Below are positions 57,604 to 64,000 of a stretch of DNA of 64,000 bases, in pieces. The position numbers and the translations under genes are program-made. The notes under the pieces were generated by a model. It was not told the DNA's origin and did no database searches. It worked only from the letters and a program-made list of their open reading frames with translations. Position 1 is the first letter of the stretch, and every line of letters begins with the position of its first letter. Source of the stretch: Planctomycetota bacterium (GTDB lineage: Bacteria; Planctomycetota; Planctomycetia; Pirellulales; Pirellulaceae); the NCBI GenBank assembly GCA_046343015.1, contig JBKDOL010000030.1:87619-151618 (forward strand). The letters are read 5' to 3'.

Positions 57604-60153
57604 TTACTTGCGACCCCGACCGCCGATCCGCATTCCGTAGAACGAGCGCCAGATAAAGAAATTCGCAATCAGGAACAAGACGCCGGCAATCACCGCGTTC
57701 AGCGAGACACCATACTTCTCGGCAAACTCCCCAGCAAACGACTGCTTGCCCATGCTGACCGCAAGTTCGACGGCCAACAGACCGAACAACGTGGTGAATT
57801 TGATCACCGGGTTCAATGCAACCGAAGAGGTATCCTTGAACGGGTCGCCGACGGTATCACCCACCACAGTCGCGGCGTGAAGGTCCGTTCCCTTTTGTTT
57901 CAACTCAACTTCGACAACCTTCTTGGCATTATCCCAGGCGCCACCGGCATTCGCCATGAAAATCGCTTGGTACAACCCGAAAATCGCAATCGAAATCAGG
58001 TAGCCGATAAAGAAATAAGGGTCGACGAAAGCAAACGCCAGCGAGACGAAAAACACGCTGAGGAAGATATTAAACATGCCCGCTTGAGCATACTTCGTGC
58101 AGATCTCCACGACCTTCTTACTGTCTTCCACCGAGGCCTTGGTGACCCCTTCCAGCTTGATGTTACCCTTGATGAACTCGACCGCCCGATAGGCACCCGT
58201 GGTCACCGCTTGGATCGAAGCACCGGTAAACCAGTAAATAATCGCACCGCCGGAAACCAAACCGAGCATGAACGGAGCGTTGAGTAAAGACAAACTTTGT
58301 ATCGCCGCCTGGTTGGTCAATTGCTCGGTGAGGTTCATGATGATCGCGAAGATCATCGTCGTCGCACCCACCACGGCCGTGCCAATCAAAACTGGCTTCG
58401 CGGTCGCCTTGAAAGTGTTGCCGGCACCATCATTTTCTTCGAGGAAGTGCTTCGCCTTCTCGAACTCGACATCGAATCCGAATTCGCGGCGGACTTCTTC
58501 CTTGATGTTCGGGACGCTTTCAATCAGCGACAACTCGTAAACCGACTGGGCGTTGTCCGTCACCGGACCGTACGAGTCGACGGCAATCGTCACTGGTCCC
58601 ATGCCCAGAAAACCGAACGCCACCAGACCGAATGCAAACACCGGCGGTGCGAGCATCACCGGGTCCAAACCCTGCCCCGGCATCGAGAAGTAGTAAGCGA
58701 GTGCCATCAAACCGACAATGCTCATCCCCAGCCAGTAGCAGGAGAAATTACCAGCCACCAGACCGGAAAGAATGTTCAGCGACGCGCCACCCTCCTTCGA
58801 AGAGGAAACGACCTCCTCGACGTGGGCAGATTCGGTCGAAGTGAAGATTTTGACCAGCTCAGGAATAATCGCACCCGCCAACGTGCCGCACGAGATAATC
58901 GACGACAGCTTCCACCAAAGCGTCTCATTGCCGGCGAGCGGACCGCCGCTCGCCATCGGGCCAATCGTCACGTAGGAGACCACGTAGGTCAGGGCAATCG
59001 AAACAATCGAAGTAATCCAGACCAAACGGGTCAAAGGACCTTCAAAGTTCATTTTGTCAGCGTTTTCACTGCTTGCCTTGGTCATCGCCTCGTTGATGAA
59101 GTAGCTCGCTGCCGAAGCAACCACCATCATCACCCGCATCACGAAAATCCAAACCAGCAATTGAATCTGCAGTGTTTGGTAACCTTCGCCGGCCACCGCC
59201 TGATTGATCGCGAGCAGGATGAAGGTAATCAGGGCGACTCCGGTCACGCCGTAAGTCTCAAAACCGTCCGCACTCGGCCCCACCGAGTCGCCGGCGTTAT
59301 CTCCGGTGCAGTCCGCAATCACACCCGGGTTTCGGGCGTCGTCTTCCTTGATCTTGAAGACGATCTTCATCAAGTCCGAACCGATATCGGCAATCTTGGT
59401 GAAAATACCACCGGCGATTCTCAACGCCGCCGCACCCAAACTCTCACCAATCGCAAATCCGATAAAGCATGGGCCCGCGTAGCTGCCGGGGACAAACAGC
59501 AGAATGCAGAGCATGATCAGCAACTCGACGCTAATCAACATCATCCCGATGCTCATACCGGCCTTCAGCGGAATGGCGTAGCAGGGATAGGGCTTGCCTC
59601 GCAAACTGGCAAACGCGGTCCGAGAGTTGGCGAAGGTGTTAACCCGAATACCGAACCAGGCAACCAGGTAGCTGCCGGCGATCCCGATCAGGGAGAAAAT
59701 CAAAATCACGATCACCAGATTTAGAGGGAATCCGCTGGTTTCAGCATGCGTCACCGGGTCTTTGTACGTGGCCAACTTGCCGAAATACACGGCCACAACT
59801 GTTGCGATAAACAACCACAGGATCAAGATAAACTTCCCCTGCGTCACCAGGTATGTCTTGCAGGTTTCGTAAATCAGGTCAGAGATTTCAAGCATCGAGC
59901 GATGCACCGGCAACGCCTTCAGCTGGCTGTAAATCCACAATCCAAAGCCGAGCCCCAGAATGCTGACCACCACCCCAATCAGGAGCAGGGTGTAACCCGT
60001 CATTCCAAAAGCAATCACCTGCTTGCTCAAATCGGGAATGATCAGGTCCGCTTCACCCGCAAAGACCCCTCCGGGAAGGGCTAAAACCCCAACTATCGCC
60101 AACAGCAGGGAAGACAGCGAACGCCAAGAAACAGCAAATGGTTTTCCGCACAT
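57604..60153 (-). CDS. hppA: membrane-bound proton-translocating pyrophosphatase (K+-independent signature)
   Basis: IADCTGDNAGDSVGPSADGFETY, GGAWDNAKK and VGDTVGDPFKDTSS. The diagnostic GNTFKATAK has Lys at the A/K position, as in K+-independent enzymes. ATG 60153 is preferred over the TTG at 60201. Confidence 0.92.
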   Translation of the reverse strand: MCGKPFAVSWRSLSSLLLAIVGVLALPGGVFAGEADLIIPDLSKQVIAFGMTGYTLLLIGVVVSILGLGFGLWIYSQLKALPVHRSMLEISDLIYETCKTYLVTQGKFILILWLFIATVVAVYFGKLATYKDPVTHAETSGFPLNLVIVILIFSLIGIAGSYLVAWFGIRVNTFANSRTAFASLRGKPYPCYAIPLKAGMSIGMMLISVELLIMLCILLFVPGSYAGPCFIGFAIGESLGAAALRIAGGIFTKIADIGSDLMKIVFKIKEDDARNPGVIADCTGDNAGDSVGPSADGFETYGVTGVALITFILLAINQAVAGEGYQTLQIQLLVWIFVMRVMMVVASAASYFINEAMTKASSENADKMNFEGPLTRLVWITSIVSIALTYVVSYVTIGPMASGGPLAGNETLWWKLSSIISCGTLAGAIIPELVKIFTSTESAHVEEVVSSSKEGGASLNILSGLVAGNFSCYWLGMSIVGLMALAYYFSMPGQGLDPVMLAPPVFAFGLVAFGFLGMGPVTIAVDSYGPVTDNAQSVYELSLIESVPNIKEEVRREFGFDVEFEKAKHFLEENDGAGNTFKATAKPVLIGTAVVGATTMIFAIIMNLTEQLTNQAAIQSLSLLNAPFMLGLVSGGAIIYWFTGASIQAVTTGAYRAVEFIKGNIKLEGVTKASVEDSKKVVEICTKYAQAGMFNIFLSVFFVSLAFAFVDPYFFIGYLISIAIFGLYQAIFMANAGGAWDNAKKVVEVELKQKGTDLHAATVVGDTVGDPFKDTSSVALNPVIKFTTLFGLLAVELAVSMGKQSFAGEFAEKYGVSLNAVIAGVLFLIANFFIWRSFYGMRIGGRGRK

Positions 60154-60769
60154 AGGATTCAATCGATTGTTCTCAAAACTTACCGGTGAACAGCAAGACA
60201 ACAGTGTCCAGATTGCTTCGAAGTCCGCAAGGTCTCTAATGGTAAACTAACGCCCGTTATTGCGGCAATTCCAGCGACATTACGCCATACATCCATCACG
60301 ACCTGCTCGGTCGTGCTCTGGCACCCACGCTTGGCTGCGGCCCATTCCGACGCCCGGCAACTCACCCCCAGCCTCGCCCGCAACCAACGATTTGCACGTT
60401 TTTCAGGGGAAAGTGGCAATATTACCTTACTGGGCCGGCTATCACTCGACGTGGTCATGACGCTCCCAAACGTTCGGTGCCAACCCGCATCTCACCACCC
60501 CAAACGCAGACCGAAACCAAACGATGCGCCAAAAAGACGCATCATTTGGCTGGCCTTAGTGCACTCGGGCCCGACTCGTCCCGCCGCTCCCGTTCGTGGC
60601 GCTGGCTGGCTAGGTCTTGGCTTTCCTTTTAAAGCTCCCCAATCCACCGCGGTCAACAGGTCTAAACCCTCAATTTTTTTGACTTGTGAGGACAGCGATT
60701 CGAAGGGAGTCGGCGGTCGGGATGGGGATGGCGGTGAATTGTCTATCGCGGTGCCCGCCGAGCGAAAGT

Positions 60770-60799
60770 CTGTTCCGTTTTTGCCTGTTCCGTTTTTGC
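60770..60799. repeat. tandem direct repeat, 2 x 15 bp (ctgttccgtttttgc), perfect
   Basis: Read directly; in the hppA/queA divergent region. Confidence 0.95.
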
Positions 60800-60991
60800 T
60801 CGCCTTTTGCCAGCCTTTGCGATGTCCGAAAGCAATCCGCCTTGCTCTCAGGGACCTGCCCGTCTCGTCCCCGCCAGACTTTGTTAGACTCACTGCAGAT
60901 TGATTCATCGAGGAACTCCATTGCTGCTCGGCAGAGTCCTTTGCGACTCTTTCCTCGCCAGCCGCCTTTTGCCAAGCCCCCACTGCCCTGA

Positions 60992-62071
60992 ATGACCCAG
61001 CACACGCCGACTCCTTCCGATGACCTCGATTCGATTCAGGCTTACGACTATGACCTGCCTAAGGAGCTGATCGCCCAGCACCCCTCCAGTCGTCGCGAGG
61101 ATGCCCGATTGATGGTCGTCGACCGAGGCCGCGGCGAAATCAACCATGCTCACATTCGCGACCTTCCGGAGGTTCTTCGCGCCGGCGACTTACTCGTCCT
61201 GAACGACACCAAAGTGATTCCGGCCCAGCTCACAGGCCGACGTGATTCTTCGGGTGGTCGCTGGGATGGGCTGTTCCTGCAAGCCGATGAGCAAGGCATC
61301 TGGAAGCTTTTGGCCAAGACCCGAGGCAAAATCCAACCGGGAGAAACCGTCTCCCTTACCGACCGGGACGGCGTACCACGCGTACGACTCACGTTGCTCG
61401 CGCGGCTCTCGGGTGGCGCCTGGGCTGCTCGGCCCGACTCTTCCGACTCCGCTTTCCAGATACTGGAACAAGTCGGCCGCGTGCCCCTTCCTCATTACAT
61501 CCGCGACGGCCAGATGATGGACTCGGACGTCAAGGATTATCAAACCGTTTTCGCCAAGCATCCCGGCAGTGTCGCAGCCCCGACCGCGGGACTGCACTTC
61601 ACCAAGCCGCTGGTCGACCGCTTGGTCAATGCCGAAGTCTCACTCACCCGAGTCACGCTGCATGTCGGCATCGGCACCTTTCGCCCGGTCAGCGTCGAGC
61701 GGCTGAACGAGCACGAGATGCATTCCGAATGGGGGCAGTTAGATGAACGCGCGGTGACCGAAATCGAAAAATGCCGGGAGCGTCGGGGCCGGGTGCTCGC
61801 GGTCGGTACGACTTCCGTGCGCGTGCTGGAGACAGCCGCCCGGCATCAGCCGCTGGCTCCGTGGCAAGGCCTGACCGACCTGTTTATCCGCCCCGGCTTC
61901 GAATTCCGCTGCATCGATGGACTGCTGACCAATTTCCATCTCCCCAAAAGCACGCTGCTGGTGCTCGTCAGAACGTTTGGTGGCCAAGAACTGATTCGTG
62001 AAGCCTATCGCCAGGCGGTCGCCGAAAAATATCGCTTCTTCTCCTACGGCGATGCGATGCTGATCGTCTAA
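60992..62071 (+). CDS. queA: S-adenosylmethionine:tRNA ribosyltransferase-isomerase
   Basis: YDYDLPKELIAQHP, VAAPTAGLHFT, VGTTSVRVLE and FFSYGDAMLI. Confidence 0.95.
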   Translation: MTQHTPTPSDDLDSIQAYDYDLPKELIAQHPSSRREDARLMVVDRGRGEINHAHIRDLPEVLRAGDLLVLNDTKVIPAQLTGRRDSSGGRWDGLFLQADEQGIWKLLAKTRGKIQPGETVSLTDRDGVPRVRLTLLARLSGGAWAARPDSSDSAFQILEQVGRVPLPHYIRDGQMMDSDVKDYQTVFAKHPGSVAAPTAGLHFTKPLVDRLVNAEVSLTRVTLHVGIGTFRPVSVERLNEHEMHSEWGQLDERAVTEIEKCRERRGRVLAVGTTSVRVLETAARHQPLAPWQGLTDLFIRPGFEFRCIDGLLTNFHLPKSTLLVLVRTFGGQELIREAYRQAVAEKYRFFSYGDAMLIV

Positions 62072-62116
62072 GACCCGGGAAATCAGGGCCCGCTTATCGC
62101 TGCGGGCAGTACACCG

Positions 62117-63556
62117 CTACTCCTCGAGTTGCGCTTTGCCCCGCAGGATATGGTGATAATGCTGGGCAAAGCGATGTGCTTCGTCCCGGACATATTGCAG
62201 CAAGCGCAAACCAAACGAGTGGCGGGTCAATTTGATCGGCTCGCTCTTGCCCGGAAGGAAAATCTCTTCCTCGCGTTTGGCCAGCGACAACAAGACTGGC
62301 GGGGTGATCCCCTGCGTCTCAAACGCAGCCACCGCGGCCGACAGTTGCCCCTTCCCGCCATCAATCAGCAGAATATCGGGGAACACGTCTCCCTCATCCG
62401 ACTTCCGTCGAAACCGCCGCGCCACGACTTCGTGAATGCTCCGAAAGTCGTCGATCCCCGTGACGCTTTCGATCTTGTAGCGGCGATAGCCCGGCTTGAA
62501 GGGCAAGCCGTCAATGAACTGAACCAGGCTTGCGACCGTCTGAGTCCCTCCCAAATGGGCAATATCGACTCCTTCGATCGTCCGGGGCGTTTCCTTCAGC
62601 CCCAGCACCTTCCGCAGCCCCGCCAACCCCCGTTTGGGATCGACATAAAAAACTTCCGGCTGGGCATGGGTGTCCAATTCGCCACGCCGATCGAGACTTT
62701 CCAGCATCTGGATTTCATCCCGAATCCGCGCCGCCTGTTCAAAGTTCAAGGCCTTGGCGAACTCGTTCATCTCCTCGCGCATTTTGGCCAGCAACCGCTG
62801 CTTATTCCCTTCCAGAAACATCTGCAGACGGCGGATGTCTTTGCGGTATTCTTCACGCGTGATTCGAAAGTTACACGGCGCGCTGCACTGTTTGATGCTT
62901 GCGAGCAGGCAAGGACGAAACCAGCGCCACCGCTGGTCCCCCGCCTCGATATCCAGCTCACAAGTGCGAAACTTGAAAATGCGCTGCAGCACCTGCAGGG
63001 CGCCGCGGACGCTGCCCGCACTCGGAAAGGGCCCATACAGCTTCACCCCCGTCGGCTGCGGGGTACGGGTAATCTCGACCCGCGGAAAATCCTCACCCGT
63101 CGTAATCTGCAAGTACGGAAAGGTCTTATCGTCCTTGAGGTCCTTGTTGTGCCTCGGCTGAATGTCCTTGACCAGCCGCGCTTCGACGAGCAGCGCATCG
63201 ACTTCGCTCTCGCACTCGAGGTAATCGACGTCGGCAATCTCCCCAACCCAATGGGCCGTCCGCATCTCAATCGCAGCCGCTTTGTGAAAGTAACTGCTCG
63301 CCCGGTTGCGGAGGTTCTTCGCCTTGCCGACGTAAATCACCTGCCCCGTGTCATCCTTCATCAGATAGACCCCGGGGATTTGCGGGAAACTTCGCACCTT
63401 CAACGATGGCGCCTCGCGCCCAATCACGACCGCCGGGTCCAGCGGTCCCTCTTCGGCCAGCTCAGGCAACTCGCTCAACGCGGGCTCCGCCGACTCCGTT
63501 TCCTGCTCCGCAGCCGGGTCCTCGTCGTCCGCTTGCCATTCGTCCATCGCCGCCAT
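62117..63556 (-). CDS. uvrC: excinuclease ABC subunit C, short form without the C-terminal (HhH)2 domain
   Basis: GIY-YIG domain GVYLMKDDTGQVIYVGKAKNLRNRASSYF, UVR motif FEQAARIRDEIQMLE, and an RNase H-like endonuclease domain ending RDEAHRFAQHYH. The stop follows 12 codons later and only 45 bp remain before queA. Confidence 0.88.
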   Translation of the reverse strand: MAAMDEWQADDEDPAAEQETESAEPALSELPELAEEGPLDPAVVIGREAPSLKVRSFPQIPGVYLMKDDTGQVIYVGKAKNLRNRASSYFHKAAAIEMRTAHWVGEIADVDYLECESEVDALLVEARLVKDIQPRHNKDLKDDKTFPYLQITTGEDFPRVEITRTPQPTGVKLYGPFPSAGSVRGALQVLQRIFKFRTCELDIEAGDQRWRWFRPCLLASIKQCSAPCNFRITREEYRKDIRRLQMFLEGNKQRLLAKMREEMNEFAKALNFEQAARIRDEIQMLESLDRRGELDTHAQPEVFYVDPKRGLAGLRKVLGLKETPRTIEGVDIAHLGGTQTVASLVQFIDGLPFKPGYRRYKIESVTGIDDFRSIHEVVARRFRRKSDEGDVFPDILLIDGGKGQLSAAVAAFETQGITPPVLLSLAKREEEIFLPGKSEPIKLTRHSFGLRLLQYVRDEAHRFAQHYHHILRGKAQLEE

Positions 63557-63676
63557 TTCATTTCCCGGCTGTTCGCTTCCGCTCCGACACGTCGCCTACT
63601 ATCCGACTATGCACCATCCTTGGGCCGACCAGGGTTCGCCGCTCAAGCTGGCCGAAAGAGTCCTCTCTCTGGAGGC

Positions 63677-64000
63677 CTACTCGACCGCCGTTGCGAAATT
63701 CTTCAGGTCGCTCACAAAACCGTCAAGCCGCCGACTAAGCTCCCCTCGACTCTGCTCCAGTTCAGCTCCGCTCGCTGGCGGGGCGAACGTAAACAGATAG
63801 AACTTGACCTTCGGTTCCGTGCCCGATGGACGGGCGGCAATGTAATTTCCCGGAACCTCCGTCTCGAGAAAAATCAGGTTGTCCTTGGGGCCGCTCAACG
63901 GCCGCGAAGCTCCTCCCGCTTCACCCTGCAGACCGTTGAGATAATCGCGCCATCGGCTGACCCGCAGCCCGCCCAATGTCGCGGGGGGAGCTGTCCGGAA
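63677..64000 (-). CDS. phosphoglucomutase/phosphomannomutase family protein, C-terminal domain only (N-terminus beyond the right window edge)
   Basis: AARPSGTEPKVKFY is the conserved C-terminal-domain motif. The frame is open to position 64000. Confidence 0.8.
   Translation of the reverse strand, partial: FRTAPPATLGGLRVSRWRDYLNGLQGEAGGASRPLSGPKDNLIFLETEVPGNYIAARPSGTEPKVKFYLFTFAPPASGAELEQSRGELSRRLDGFVSDLKNFATAVE

Noticed and set aside
58297-59724. 475-aa plus-strand ORF
   Set aside because: It lies entirely antisense to hppA. It has extreme R/H/Q/N composition, no motifs, and is a typical shadow ORF of a GC-rich gene.

Overview
GC-rich bacterial chromosomal segment. The gene content fits Planctomycetota (inference, not computed): H4MPT-type C1 genes fae plus an Mtd-family dehydrogenase, an ECF sigma/anti-sigma pair, a Hanks-type kinase, a DRG-like GTPase, a membrane H+-PPase, long gene-free spacers and weak SD usage. 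No rRNA, tRNA, CRISPR, transposase or integrase was recognised. Left to right: a VWA protein (partial and missing from the ORF track), HtrA, ispD, a threonine-catabolic block (tdh-kbl-ltaE), a 2-hydroxyacid dehydrogenase, a Ser/Thr kinase, rluD-like, a PSP1-like protein, a DRG-like GTPase, aceE-aceF, a translationally coupled ECF sigma/anti-sigma pair, an AAA+ ATPase, a double zinc-ribbon membrane protein, groES-groEL, ChaN, a sigma-54 activator divergent from an 848-aa polytopic membrane protein, a LysR regulator, an orphan TM-less VirD4/TraG-like ATPase, a small-ORF/TatD/multi-PAS kinase/NarL-type regulator operon, a PPP phosphatase, a GT21-like glycosyltransferase, rimI, an ATP-grasp gene, fae, mtd, a Tat-signal amidase, a Glu/Leu/Phe/Val dehydrogenase, a HAD hydrolase, hppA, queA, a short uvrC and a partial phosphohexomutase. 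Main leads: (1) A self-contained sigma-54 module, with a near-consensus TGGCAT-N5-TTGCT promoter 50 bp upstream of the giant membrane protein, two GTACATC upstream sites, and the palindrome TTGAT-N3-ATCAA present both there and in front of the LysR gene that flanks the other side. (2) A soluble VirD4/TraG-type coupling-protein homolog with no other conjugation genes in 64 kb, bounded by its own terminator and a 1.3-kb gene-poor stretch. (3) A pervasive population of short, mostly perfect tandem duplications (11-22 bp units, 15 bp the most common, 2-7 copies, a different sequence at each locus). These sit in 3' UTRs between stop codon and terminator, across stop codons, in divergent promoter regions, and in frame inside coding linkers. 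All family assignments rest on motifs I read in the translations, and no database search was possible.
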